A DNA stretch of 63,989 bases, filler included, from Thelocarpon superellum (Eukaryota), in the NCBI GenBank assembly GCA_026025795.1. It is 5 parts of 5 records of this genome, joined end to end, with 100 filler letters (N's around TTAATTAATTAA, not from the genome) between each part and the next. Parts side by side here need not be neighbours in the genome. Positions count along the whole stretch, not along the records: positions 1 to 13,082 come from JAPEUG010000465.1; 4 more parts are not named here. The stretch is one strand, 5' to 3'. A program made the translations under genes and the position numbers. Shown one piece after another: positions 1-12,779 of this stretch; position 1 is the first letter of the stretch; each line of letters starts with the position of its first letter. The notes under the pieces were generated by a model. The model saw only the letters and a list, made by a program, of their open reading frames with translations. It was not told the DNA's origin and did not search any database.

Positions 1-629
1 CGACCCAAAAGCAGCTAAATGAGCTATTTGAGGCAGTGGGGCCCATCGACGTCGCCGCAATCCCTCTGCGCACGAACGCCGGTCAGATTTTGGTCCGGAT
101 CGAATTCGAAATCAAAGCGGTCGTCTTTGCTCAGCCATGCAGCCGCGGCTCGGTTCGTCTAGCTTGCGCCACGCTGCGTCTCTATGATTGGCCCAGGAGG
201 CTCGGTAACGGAGGCGAGTCCACTCTAGCACCAGACGCGAAGGATGCGAAGGTTGGGTACTGGTCCACGCCGTTCGTCTCCCAAGCTTGTCAAACAAATG
301 TGACCTAACAAGAACCGAGCGGGATGGTGAGGGGCCCCGTCTGACCGGAGCAATCGATGACACCTGCCCTGCGATGATGGCACCGCCGGGGCAGAAGTGG
401 GATACAAAGAGGCACGATGACACTCGATGTGTTACTGATCAACACAGGCAGCCCGTCGCAACCATCACGAGTCTCCTTCCTTTGTTTCCTCTGTATCATC
501 TGAGTCTCATCTCCGCGTTTTGTTTCTACCTCGCCAAGGTATACGTTGCCTCTCCACATCTCTGTTCCTTTTCTACTCGACATCCACCGCCACGATCATC
601 ATCGGACGCGTCACGCATCTCCTCGTATT

Positions 630-1712
630 ATGCATTCGATCGCTCTTCTTGCCGCCCTCGCAGCCCTCTCGGGTTGGACGGTGTATGCGCTGCCGGTGAG
701 TGCGGACGGCCTCAACGTCACCGAGCAAATTGCGCTGGTCCCCGTGAACCGGGGGACGACGAACCCGAGCAGCCCGTCGGGGCAGGTCATCGCCCTGGCT
801 GGCGGTGGCAATCCCAACAGCCCGCCGCCGCCGACGAACTCGCCGAACCTCATCGCGGGGCTTCAACACATCAACTTCCTCGAGAACCTCGAATCCAACT
901 TCTTCGAGATCGGTATCGCCAACTTGACTAAGTGGGGTGTCGACCAGAGCTACATCAACACCGTCGCCAAGGTCGCGGCGCAGGAGCTGATCCACGTGGC
1001 CACGGCCGAGACCCTCCTGGGCCACTTCAACCAGCCCACGATCCCCGCCTGCGCCTACGACTTCCCCGTCACGACGGCGGACGAGTTCTTTGCGCTCGCG
1101 GACAAGATCACGTCGGTGGGCATTGGTGCGCTGAACAGCCTCACCGCGCAACTGGCGACGTCGGATCCGGCCTTCGTCGGCAGCCTGGCCAGCGTCATCA
1201 CGGTCGAGGCTCGCCACGATGCCTTCTTCCGCATCACGCAAGACGAGCTGCCTAACCCGTGCCCCTTCGACACGCAGATCTCCGGCGGCTGGGCCCTGAA
1301 CCTCGCCAATCAATTCATCGTCCCCGGCTCATGCCCCGACTTCCCCGATTTCACCATCCTGCCCCCGATGACCACCTCGCAGATCAATGGCGCATCACCC
1401 GACCAGGTGCATATCAGCACGGCGGATGCGGTCTCGGTGAACTCGCCGTCGGCGCGGCCACAGACGATCGAATTCACCTTCCCGACCTCGGTCAACACCG
1501 GCGGGCAGCTGTTCGTTGGCTGGATCAACCAGGCCGACGTGCCCGTCTTCACCGACGCCCAGCTCACCAGCGCCGGCACGGTGACGACCAGTGTGCCGCC
1601 GCAACTCGAAGGCCTTGCTTTCGCCGCTCTCGTCAACAACAAAAACGCGCAGAACGTTGATGATCTGACGAGCAATACCCTCGCCGGCCCCGCCATCGTC
1701 CCCGTGTCTTGA
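630..1712 (+). CDS. Secreted ferritin-like domain protein (Rds1/LsdA-like)
   Basis: Intronless ORF from ATG 630 with a hydrophobic signal peptide (MHSIALLAALAALSGWTVYA). Ferritin-like carboxylate/His motifs: LENLESNFF, QELIH, CAYDFP, TVEARHDAFFR, PFDT and FIVPGSCP. Confidence 0.75.
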   Translation: MHSIALLAALAALSGWTVYALPVSADGLNVTEQIALVPVNRGTTNPSSPSGQVIALAGGGNPNSPPPPTNSPNLIAGLQHINFLENLESNFFEIGIANLTKWGVDQSYINTVAKVAAQELIHVATAETLLGHFNQPTIPACAYDFPVTTADEFFALADKITSVGIGALNSLTAQLATSDPAFVGSLASVITVEARHDAFFRITQDELPNPCPFDTQISGGWALNLANQFIVPGSCPDFPDFTILPPMTTSQINGASPDQVHISTADAVSVNSPSARPQTIEFTFPTSVNTGGQLFVGWINQADVPVFTDAQLTSAGTVTTSVPPQLEGLAFAALVNNKNAQNVDDLTSNTLAGPAIVPVS

Positions 1713-3251
1713 TCCCGGCCGGAGCGGGTTCGGCATGTGCAGTACTCAGTTTCCTTTCCATATCACTTAATTTGGCGGCATAGCGAGGCGTTCATGAGGC
1801 CGGACATGAACATGGCGCAGCGCATCATGGGATACCATAGCACGTTACCGTCGAAACAGTCTTAGTATCTACCCATAGCTTTCTACCAACATTGTTCATT
1901 CGCCATCGACCCTGTCTTCAAGATGGACACTGCTCCACAGGATATCCCGCGTATCGATCACAGGTGTCCCGCTCCCATGGGGATGCCACTGCCTGCCGGA
2001 AGGGCATACCAGCGGCGACTACTACCAGGACTACCACGCATATTGACGGTCGAGACAACGCCTTGTCGATTGTGATGCTTCGCGTGGTCAGGGGTATAAG
2101 ACGGAGCCGATGGGTGGAGGAAGAGAAGGTCCAAGGGTTCCAGGCGGCGACACTGCCTGCATGAAGAGGACGTTTGGGGGTTCGTGACGGAGAGCCTGCC
2201 CGTGTGAAGAGCAGGTCGGTCCCAGATTCTATGATCCAACCCTCATGAGAAGGTAAGACACTGTCGAACGCCACATAAGATCATCGAAATGGAGTTTTGG
2301 TCACGGCCCGGCTGCAGGACGGGAAGATCTCGCTTTCGTCGCGCATCGTCGTGAAGTGGGTTAAGGAGAAGGTCCTGATACGTGTACCGTGTCAAGCCGA
2401 CGGGATTCTAGATCTCCTTGACACTTGGTATTATCAATCGACTCTCGGATATAGGCTCCCGCCAAGAGCAAAGGAATGACTGCTGACGAGAGAGAGTGGG
2501 CTGAGTGAAGTGTCCAGTCGAAGAAGAGTCTGGACATCAAGGGTCCCGAGCGACGTTGGTCGCGGCGACGTGGAGTGAAGTGGGGGGGGAGGCGCACTAG
2601 TCCCTAATGGGAGCAACCATCACCCGCTTTAGGATGAGGCTTGGGTCTAGATCGACGCCAGACTTCACCACGCCGTGCGGCTGGTCGTCGTCTCATCCGT
2701 CGCGCTGTGCTTTCAGGATACGATGCAGACCCGTCGTCGGAAGCCGACCCGACGAATGGGATCGGTGGGGTCAAGAAGGAAATTCATCCGGACATCTGCG
2801 TGGCGACGCAACCGGAGCCCTGGGACATGCAGCTCACGTCCTCGGGATTCCAGGAGCCAGCGACCGGCACCGGTGACACGGCCTTAGAGTTGCCGCGCTC
2901 GAGTCCAGACCGGCGGATGTCATCGAACTTCTCGCAGGCACATGCGTAACATCACCTGGCGACTCCACGGCCATCTCCGGAGCTTGACAGACGCCCCAGA
3001 CATTCCGTGGCGGCCTCGCACAAAAAGCACCGTCGTCTTGCAGGGTGTGTCACGCGTGGGCTACAATCTAGAGCGAGATTCCTAATCCTTGCCAGATCAA
3101 GCTGCTGAACTGTTGTGTGATCGAGCACGGAGATGATGGGAGGCGACGATTGATAATCGGCCCTGTCGTCGGACCAGCTGCAAGGACAAGTATCGTACGA
3201 TCTTGCACCCTGCCGCCACCGCCAACCCTGCTTGCTACTTCCTACTAGTAA

Positions 3252-3362
3252 CGAACGTGCGCCCTACCACTAACATTACTAACATACTACCAACCATTAC
3301 TCGTGGTAACCATTACTCGTGGATAGCAATGGTAGTAATGTTAGTGTTAGGGCGCACGTTCG
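3252..3362. repeat. 111-bp foldback element with 34-bp terminal inverted repeats (MITE-like)
   Basis: The left arm CGAACGTGCGCCCTACCACTAACATTACTAACAT matches the reverse complement of the right arm with 2 mismatches. There is an internal tandem of AACCATTACTCGTGG x2. Confidence 0.7.
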
Positions 3363-4871
3363 GGGTCCAGAGGATGTGTCTTGATCCCAAGGCTACTGCC
3401 CATCCGAGACAAGGTAGGACGCCTGGGCGCGCCAACGGGTCAGTGTCACCTGGAACGGGCGGTCTGGGTTCCAGCCAAACGCCTCCAAACGCCGAGACAA
3501 ACCCTTTCTAGGCCGTGCTCCGTGCTCCGTGCCCATTGTACAGTGCATATCTCCCGCGCTCCCGCTCTCGCCGCTGGTCTGCACCTGCGCCCCAAGCACT
3601 TCTCCGGAGTTGTGGTGGCATAAAATGCCTGGCAATGTCCCGCATCGGAAACGCGGATTCCAACGGCACGGCCGGACGAATACGGCCGTGGACGTAATAA
3701 AAGACCTCGGTCATGTGGCGCTGGTGATTCATAGTGGAGGCGGTGTCGGAAGGCAACGCTGTTGTAGGAGACTCGCCAACTAAGGGCCAACGAAAGTTCC
3801 GGGCAGATTCAGGCGACCCGGCCCCCGTGGCCCGTTCTCGCACCTCGAGCCTCCCCTCCAAGGCCTGAAATGTGAGCCACTCAGAGAGACGTGTTTGGAT
3901 GGCGGCCGCTTCCGCTTCGGGCTGTCCGTCGGGCCGGCGCGGTAGAGGGCGAGCCACGGCTGTGACTGGCGCAAGCCAGCCGCCATGCCTCGTATCGCCA
4001 ACGCCCGCCCGTCCCAGGTCGTCGGGGATGCTCGGCGTGCGCGCTGACACCCATCTGCCCCAATCTGGTCACGCGGGGAAGCCACGGCATTCCGGGGCCA
4101 CGGATGCGGACGGCAGCCCCGCCCTCCTTGGACTAGCCCCTGCTCCCGGCCGCCCTCGCGACGCCCATCAGCTAGCCCTCTGGTGTAGACATCAGATCTC
4201 TTGAACCGCCAGCTGCTCGTCATTCGTCGGACGCGTCAGGGACCTAGACCTCGCCAATCGCTCCGGGCCGCCCCAACGCGCTGCCGGCGATCTGCCACTG
4301 CGAAAGCCTCGTCTCCGGTCGGTCGGCGGCCTATCCATCCTCCCCAGCCCGGCCGACTTGGGGAGGAATCGAGCCCGATCGAGCTTCGCGCGACCGAATA
4401 CAGACGAGGCCAGCGGGTTAGTGGTAAGTTGATGAGAGGCGCTCCACCACCCTCGTCCCCACCGGGTCCAATGCCGATGCTCTCATCGGATCGTACCTGA
4501 TTGGAGTGACGGGAGGTGCCACACGCCCATCGGGGCCTCCAGTCCAGACCGCGCCTGGACCGGAAGATGGCGGCCGCTCGTCCCTTCCTTCCATCTCTCC
4601 CGCTCCCGTGAGATCGTGCGTTGGTCCCGACAGTCTGGGCACGTATAAAGCGAGCGAGGGTTGCGGAGGTGGAGGTGCGAGCATCTGGTGCAACTCTTCT
4701 TCCTTCGACACCATGCTCATGTACCGAGGCTCCCCTTTTGCCTCCCGCCGCGTCCTTCCTGTCCGCGCGAGCAGCCCGTGGTCTCGCGATGCCCCTGCTG
4801 CTGCTCCGACTACTTCCGAAGGCAAGACTGACGATGGCACCCGACCGACCAAGTTGCCCTCGCCATTCAAG

Positions 4872-6064
4872 ATGTTCGTCAACGCCGTGTACTACCCCAA
4901 TTGGCACGTGTATCGGCAGAAACCGCCGTCGTCGCTCCCGCTGGACAACACCTCCCACGTCTTCTATGCTTTTGCGAGGTAGGTGGGCAAGCGGACCTCG
5001 TCGGCGGTGGACTCTGACCTGTCCGCAGCGTGGGACCCGACGGGACCGTGGCGGTGAGAGCACGCCGTGAGAACCAACGCCACGTTGCGGCTGACCCGGC
5101 ATAGCTGAGCGATCCCTGGGCGGACGCGCAAATGGAGGTGGACGGACAGCGAGGCTGCTTGCGAGCCTTCGTCGCGCTCAAGCAGCAGTACCGCCACCTG
5201 AAGCTGGTCCTCTCCGTGGGCGGCGCCAACTCCAGCCAGCATTTTGCCGCCGTCGCCGCTGATGCGTCGACGCGCACGCGCTTCGGACAGAGCGCACACG
5301 CGCTGGTGGTGGAGTACGGACTGGACGGAATCGATGGTTAGTGGAGTGGGCCTTGTCTGATCGTCCCCGTGGCTCACACAGTCCTGGAAGTGGACTGGGA
5401 ACATCCCGCAAACGCCGAACAGGGGCGGCACTACGTGCAGCTGCTGCGAGCAATCCGCGAGAGCCTCCCCGCTCCGGACTTCCTACTCACGTCGGCTTTG
5501 CCTGCGGGCCAATGGGCGTTGCAACACATTCATCTTGGCCACGCCCAGACGTACCTCGACTTTGTCAACGTCATGACCTACGACTTCTCCGGGCCCTGGG
5601 TCGATGTTGCCGGTCATCACGCCCAGCTCTTCGCCCCCGCTCATCCCCACAACGATGCCGCGAGAATCTCGGGTCAGACCGCAGTGGAGTATATGCGTGG
5701 GCACGGGGTGCCGGCTGAAAAGCTTGTGCTCGGCGTCCCGAGCTACGGACGGTCCTTTGTGGGCGCCTCGGGTGTCGGCCAGCCCTATTCGGGTCATGCC
5801 GGCACCGACGGCACGTTCGACTATTGCGACCTTCCACGTCCCGGGGCGCAAGAGTTCATGGACACCACGGTCGTGGCGGCATCTTGCGTGGGTGGGGATG
5901 GTGGATTCGTGAGCTACGACAACGCCGACTCGGTTCGGCTGAAGGCCGCGTTCGCCGTCGAATACTCGCTTGCCGGGCTCTTCTACTGGACGGGGACCGG
6001 CGATCAGAAAGGATCCGGCAGCTTGGTCCGCGCTGGATTTGCCAGGTTACATGAGGAATTATGA
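4872..6064 (+). CDS. GH18 chitinase, no signal peptide (4 exons)
   Basis: Exons read MFVNAVYYPNW...SHVFYAFA, then a ~25-nt exon (SVGPDGTVA), then LSDPWAD...KLVLSVGG. The catalytic DGIDVDWEHP is rebuilt across an intron, followed by VMTYDFSG and LAGLFYW. An upstream in-frame ATG at 4713 is possible. Confidence 0.9.
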
Positions 6065-6421
6065 GAAGTGATGAGATGGACTGGCCAACCCACCTCATGT
6101 TGATACCGACGGCTGTGGTGGCATCCTCTCTGCGTTGGTGGAATCATTGGGTCACCGTACCAGTTTATATACGCTCACCCTATCTAGTCGCCTAGAAACG
6201 TACGGTATGAAGTACAGACCACCGTAGCAGTATCTTCACTGGTTCACCCCGTCTACAACACCTCGCTGAAGAAGGAATGGGACTCCCATTGCCTCGCTCC
6301 CCCCTCGACGGTCGATCGTGTGCTCTCAAACAGCCGGGGCGAGACAGCCTCATGTGACGAGACCGCTTGTGAGATCACGTAGCACCCAAGGGCCGGTGGA
6401 GGTACGGGCCTCGAGACCTCC

Positions 6422-9400
6422 ATGCCGCCCGTAAACAGCGTGGCTGCAGCGGCGAACTCCCTGGCCTCTGGTGGGTCGTCCGCGGGAGCCCGACTACTCG
6501 TAGGGTTCAAGCTGATGCTTCGTGCGTGCCGCAGCCGATTATGACCCGATTGATCACCTCAATGCGATCTTTTCCCATCCCTCCACGCTCACCTCCGTCT
6601 CGACCACGTCGGAGGCCCTTCGCAGCTATCGAGATGAGCTGGACCACGACATCGCCACCCTCGTGGCCACGCAGTCCGACAAGGACATGGCGAGCGTGCG
6701 ACGTATCCAGGAAGCCAAGGCGGACCTTGCGGACCTCTTTCGAAAAATCGAAGACGTGCGCGAGCGAGCCATCCAGACGGAGCGCGCTATTACGGAGATG
6801 ACGGCCGACATCAAGCGACTGGACGGGACGAAGCGGAACTTGACCCTGTCCATGACCGCGCTCAAGCGACTTCAGATGTTGACCACGGCATACGAGCAGC
6901 TTCGGGGCCTGAGCAAAACGCGCCAGTACCGTGAATGTGCCCAGCTGCTGCAAGCCGTCATCCAGCTGATGGCACACTTCAAGTCCTATCGGTCCATTGA
7001 CCAGATTGCCACGCTCAGCCGCAACGTGGCTGATTTGCAGCGGGAGCTCCTGGAGCAGGTCTGTGAGGACTTTGAGCTCACCTTCGTCCAGGGTGAGATC
7101 GCGCAGCGTCGGGCCACTCTGGCCGAAGCGTGCTTGGTGATGGATGCGCTCGGCGACAACGCCAGGTCACGATTGATCAGCTGGTACTGCAACACCCAAC
7201 TCCGGGAGTATCGGCAGGTCTTTCGTGGGAATGACGAGGTACGTGCGTGTGGAAGATGATGCGAGACGAGGTCTGATGGATTACAGGCCGGCTCTCTGGA
7301 TAACATCTCCCGTCGATACTCCTGGTTCAAACGGATGCTCAAGACGTATGACGACGAGCATGCGGCCATCTTTCCAGCGGCATGGAAGGTCAACGAGATG
7401 CTTGCCAATACCTTCTGCGACGGTACCCGTGACGACTTCAAAGGGATCTTGTCCCGTGCGATGCGCCGGGAAGATGGTCAAACATTGGATGTGAACTTGC
7501 TCTTGTCTTGTCTCCAGGAGACGCTCGACTTCGAGCAAAGTCTCGAGCGACGATTTGCCAGTGATGTAAGCCTACGCACGCACCCGTCATCCTTGATCAT
7601 CGGTTCATTGGCTGACCTCGCCAGTCTCGCGCTTCCACCGATACCGTGAACTCGAAAGACGATAAGCCGATTGTCGGTCGAGCCATCTCGGAGGCGTTTG
7701 AGCCGTATTTGAGCCTCTGGGTGGAATCGCAGGACAAGTGAGTTTTGTTCTACGAGGGATTGACGTTGATGCATGATGCTGACGACGTAGACAATTGGCG
7801 ACCATGATACCCAGATATCGCCAGCAACCGCCACTACCCCCGGACGAAGACTTCTCCCCACAATCGGTCATTCCGTCCTCGGTGGAACTGTTCCAGTTCT
7901 ATCGTCTTACATTGGCTCAATGTGCGAAGCTGTCGACGGGTCCCAGGCTAGTAGAGTTGTCGCAGACGTATGCAAAGTATCTGGACGCATATGCCGAGCA
8001 GGTGTTGCTGAACTATCTCGCCGACCGACCGGGGGGTCAAGTTCCCTCACTGGAACTCGTCATTGTGGTGCTGAACACTGCAGATTACTGCCACACGACT
8101 TGTGGGCAGTTGGACGAGAAGATCAAGAGTCGTGTTGATGAGGAACTCCGGTCAAAGATCGATCTGCAGAGCCAGGCAGATGCGTTCATGGGCATTGCTA
8201 GCGCTGCTATACGGGCCTTGGTACGCATGGTCGAGGTTGCGTGCGAACAGACGTGGCGCGAGATGCGCAACACGGCGTGGAGCAAGCTGGACAGTGTGGG
8301 GGACCAAAGTGCCTACGTGGCGGAGCTTCTGAAGAACGTCAAGACCAAGGCGGCCGAAATCTTGCTGCTGTTGGGGAAACAGCAGTACGCACGAGCTTTC
8401 TGCGACAATCTTGTCGAGCTCCTCTCGAACACGTACCTGACCAACATTGTGCTATGTCGACCCGTGTCAGAAACTGGCGCGGAGCAGGTAGGGAGTCATG
8501 AGTCTGGAAGTTGAACAATGTCGCTGAACATATGCAGATGCTCCTCGACATTTACGTGCTCAAGAAAGGGTTCGAGGAACTGCTGACCATCAACGCCGAG
8601 GCGGGAACAGCGCCTCCAGCAAGGTAGGGAACGGTTCCACCTTGCAAGGACAAGAACAAGAGCAAGAGCCAGCACTGACTTTGTCTAGCTACGTCAAACG
8701 CGTCCACCAAAGCATGACGAAGATGGACCCACTGCTCAAGACGCTGCAAGTGCGCGCCAGTCCCGCCGAAGGACTGGTGCAAGCGTATCTGATCCACGTT
8801 GCGGACCGCAAGGAGACCAACTTCCGCAAAGTGCTGGAAATCAAGGGGATCCGCAAGCCAGCGGACCAAGCACACCTGGTCGAGCTCTTCCAAGCGCACA
8901 GCGCCTCATCATCGCACGAACACACCCTCGTCCAATCCTCACCTCTCCTCACCCCTCTCAGTCTCCACGCCACGAGCGGCACTTACTCGTCCAATCTCGG
9001 AGGCAGCACCAACCTCAGCGGCGGCGGCGCCGCCGCCCTCGCCAACTCCACCGCTCATCCGCGCTTCGACCCCAGCACGATCGGCTCGGCGCTGATCTCA
9101 GCGGCGCGCGATGGCGTCGACAGATTCGGCACGGCATCTGGCCATCCGTCCGGCGGAAGCGCCACGCCACACTTCGGGGCCAACAACTCCGCGTCGGCCT
9201 CGACCTCCACTCAAGTCTTACCGGGCTCGTCATCCTCAGCTTCTTCAAAGTATGACTCCAGCGGTCTTCCGTTCCAGAACGGCAGCACCGATAATACCTC
9301 CCACGATCCGTCCACGACCGCGCCAGTCACGGGCGGAACGAAGCTGAAAGGAATGAACATGAACATGAACATGAACATGAATGCCTCAGCTGCTGGAGCA

Positions 9401-9499
9401 TCACTGAATGACAATCTGCGTAATCTGGGCAAGTTCTTCCGGCGGGACCTAGGCGGAGCGGGTTCGGTTGGTGGTGGTGGTGGGGGAGGGAAGAAGTGA
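6422..9499 (+). CDS. VPS53: GARP complex subunit Vps53 (multi-exon)
   Basis: Motifs DYDPIDHLNAIF, MTADIKRLDGTKRNLTLSMTALKRLQML, AGSLDNISRRYSWFKRML, NTADYC and ETGAEQMLLD. GT-AG introns near 7239, 7566, 7738, 8488 and 8623. The start codon is uncertain. Confidence 0.9.
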
Positions 9500-9837
9500 G
9501 CGAGGAGGTCTGTGCGGACGTGTGTGTGTATACTTATTTATGTACATTTACTTACATATTTATACATTTATTCATTCATGAGGCGAGATACGACGCACGC
9601 TATAGTTCACGCGTAGGAGGAGCTGCAGAGGGAGAGCGGAAGAAAGGCAAGGGAAGGGAAAGGAAAGGAAAGGAGTAAAGGAACGTAGATACGAAATCTA
9701 GTGGTGACTTTGACTTTATGTCAATTTGACTCATCTAGCTATGGTCATAGCTCTATGCAATTCCCCCCGTCACCCCCATCACCCCCATCACATATCATAA
9801 TGGGTGGTAGTTGTAGTGGTATTGGTATTTCATCGCA

Positions 9838-9892
9838 TGAGTGCGCGAGTGAGTCAGTGCGCGAGTGAGTGAGTGAGTGAGTGAGTGAGTGC
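9838..9892. repeat. (GAGT)n microsatellite in a low-complexity intergenic region
   Basis: Run gagtgagtgagtgagtgagt is seen directly between two convergent stop codons. Confidence 0.8.
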
Positions 9893-9906
9893 GCCAGTGC
9901 CAGTAA

Positions 9907-12779
9907 TCACGCATCGCCGTGGGTTTTAAAGGCGAGGGGGCTGGAAGGGATGGGCATCGTAGCGCTGAAGGGGAGAGAGGGAGAATTGGAGAAGGAAGGA
10001 GATAAAGAGGGAGAAGAGGAAATCGAGTGGGGGTTTATTCCCAGTAGCGTCATCCATCCTCCACCACCTCCACCTCCTCCTGCTCCTCCTCCTTTCTCTC
10101 CACTTCCATTTCCTGTTGCATTTCCTACCATTTCTTTTTCTCGTTCTCTCTCTTGTTCTTGTTCTCCACCTACGCTCCCACTGCCCGGAGTAGAAGGAGC
10201 CGTAGAGGTACCACCAGTCCCAGTGGAGGGAGAAGAGGGCGAGGAAGAATGGGAGTGAGAGGTAGAGTGAGAGTGAGGAGACGATGAAGACAAAGACGAG
10301 GATGAAGAGCGCACGAAGAATTCCCGATACGCGTACCCCGCTTCGTTCAGATGGGCGCGTACCGCTTTGCTGATTTTGTCTTTGGCTCCGCTTGTTCCAT
10401 TCGCTGCATTTCCTCCACTGCCTCCAGTACTGGATGAGATCGGATTGGTACTTGTGGGCGTGGACTGGCTTTGCTTCGTTGATGTTGCTGAAGAAGATGA
10501 GGATGACGGTGACGGCGATGATGAGGTCATCGTTGCAGCTGCGCTTGTGCTCGTCACCATCGAAGACGATGGAGACGATGAAGAGGGGTGGTTGGGCCCA
10601 CTGATAACGTAGATGGTGAGATGGGGATGAGTCGTCGCAATCGATTGTTGCTCCGCGAGCACCCGGTCAAGATGCTCAATGGCTTCGTCGGGATGAAGAC
10701 CTGCCATCATGTACCCCAATCAGTTCTTGACGGAGGTAAGGTCATATAGCGGTGGCTTCATTACCGTGAAGATCGACATATATCTCTGCATTCCCCCCCT
10801 TGGTACCACCATCCGCTAGACCCCGCTTTCCCTCGTCGTAGAGATGACGTGCTGCTTCTCGATGAGCTTTTCGCATTAGGTCGTTCTCACTCTGGCCTCG
10901 GAGACTTAGTGCTTTGGCTGCCCGTGCGTCGTTTCGATTCCATGCCTGCGCAGCACTATCACCCCAGGATCGTCAGCTGCAATGAACTATCCCATCCCTG
11001 GTATGATCTGGTTACCTCTGGAGAAATTTGTTCCGTAATCCGCCGTGCTTGATCGCTTCGTGTCGGAGCTTAAGATATGCCTTGTTCGCACGATCCGCCG
11101 TCTTCAGCCATGGGATATGTTGCGGTGGTGGGATTGCCAGAGCCGTCGCGCTGTTCTTCCTGATGATCGTGGCCGCTTTGCTGGATTTGACATTTCGTTG
11201 GGGTGAGATTCGGGCCACGTCGGCCAGAGAACTGGACGCACTGTCTTTATGCTCCTTTTTTTCCCGTGGGCCATGTCCGTGTCCGCCTCGTTTACCATGG
11301 TGCTTCTTCCCTGTCTTGGTGCTCATCGTACTCAACGACGGAAAAGCCTCCGTGTCATCTACCGCCGGTACCCCGGGCACGCCCTCGTGCAAGTTTCCTC
11401 GACTGCCTGGTCGAGAGTTGTTTCGCAGGGACCGATCGCTCCCTAACGGAGACTGACCCATGACAGCCGGAGGGGCACCGCCAAATGTCTCCGCTCCATA
11501 CATACTTGGATATGGGAGGGTGGTGTTCGCCGTCTCATAGGCTGACGGCCATTGATCCGGGGAGAGGGACTGCAAGGAAGGAAAGGATTGATAGTCTTGG
11601 ATTTGGAAATTCGGTTGCACCTGCATCGGCGGCGGCGTGGTCGGGTTATTCTTCTCGTCGACCGCAAGACGGCTGAGGAGAGTAGAGGGATCGTGCGAGA
11701 AGACACAAGTGTCGCCGGCGAGACAACTTCCCATGACCCAATACCTAAATCATCAGCTCTATCGTCAAGGATCGCCCGAAACGAGACGAGACGAGACGAG
11801 ACGAGACGTACTTGCAGACGTGGGTGCTCAAATCATGGCTGAAGCGGCAGTCGGCCCGAAGGCAGGTGCCGGTCGACAGCCAGAATCGGCACAAGATGCC
11901 ACTGCGTTGCTGCGACGCCGGAGTCACGGGCCGTTGTGGACCTGGGCCCATGGATTTTCCCACCAGCACCGTGCCCGCCTCGTCCACGGCTCCAGCCGAA
12001 TTGGGGAGAGATTCGGCCGAGTGGTCATCCATCAGATTGAGGATGGTGGCGCTCAAGTCGTAGCCGTTCATCTCGAGCGCTCGCTCAATGTCCTCATCTG
12101 ACTTCCCCTCGCCCATGACGGAGCGGAGGATATCATAGGGGCTCATATCGACCTGTTGCGGCTGCACAAAGGCCGCCGCCCCACCGTTGAGATTGCTCTC
12201 GTTGGCCGGCGTGCCCCCCAAGGACGAGGCGACGCTCGCGCTATCATCGTTGACCAGCCAGTCTACATTGTCACTGGCGTAGCCCTCATGTACGTCCGCG
12301 GCGGGTGTAGTCTCCGTCGGGAACTCATACGCATTCAGGTTGGGACTGTGCGGGATGCGTGGGCTGGAAAAGGCGGGCCGGGGGGAGGGTCGGGGCGAGG
12401 TGAAGGGGGAGGCGGCGGATGAGCGAGCGCGAGTGAAGGCGGGCGGGGCAACGCCGAAACCGGGAGGGGTTTGGATGGTTCGCGACAGGCCTGGCGACGA
12501 GGCCGTAGGGGTGGAGCCACGGGGAAGCTGCCATGAGGCTGGCGACGGCCGTCGCAAGATGGTATGACGAATGGGCGAGGACGAGGCCGATCCCGATCCG
12601 ACCGAGGCGGCATCACGGAAGCGCCACAAGACCCCCAGTACCGCGTTCTCACGCGCGCTGCCGGCCAAGGTCGTCTCCTTGCCGAGGAGATCTTCGAGCT
12701 TATCGGTCTTGTCCTCCTCCTCCAATGATGCATCCTGGAGGATGGGGAGACAGAGTTCGTACACGGCGTCTGACACCAT
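9907..12779 (-). CDS. CCCH zinc finger + DUF1771 + Smr domain protein, with PAM2-like and CUE-like segments
   Basis: Starts MVSDAVYELC. PAM2-like LNGGAAAFVQP. Two CCCH fingers: CRFWLSTGTCLRADCRFSH and CKY..MGSCLAGDTCVFSH. DUF1771-type AAQAWNRNDARAAKALS exon. Smr motif YVDLH/GLHPDEAIEHL is rebuilt over an intron. Confidence 0.85.
11781..11808. repeat. (GAGAC)n pentanucleotide repeat inside an intron
   Basis: acgagacgagacgagacgagacgagacg lies in the intron within the second CCCH finger. Confidence 0.8.

Noticed and set aside
6522..9499. Fragmented ORFs read as frameshifted pseudogenes (VPS53, also SPT16, laccase and DENN)
   Set aside because: The breaks I traced are explained by canonical GT-AG introns with branch sites.
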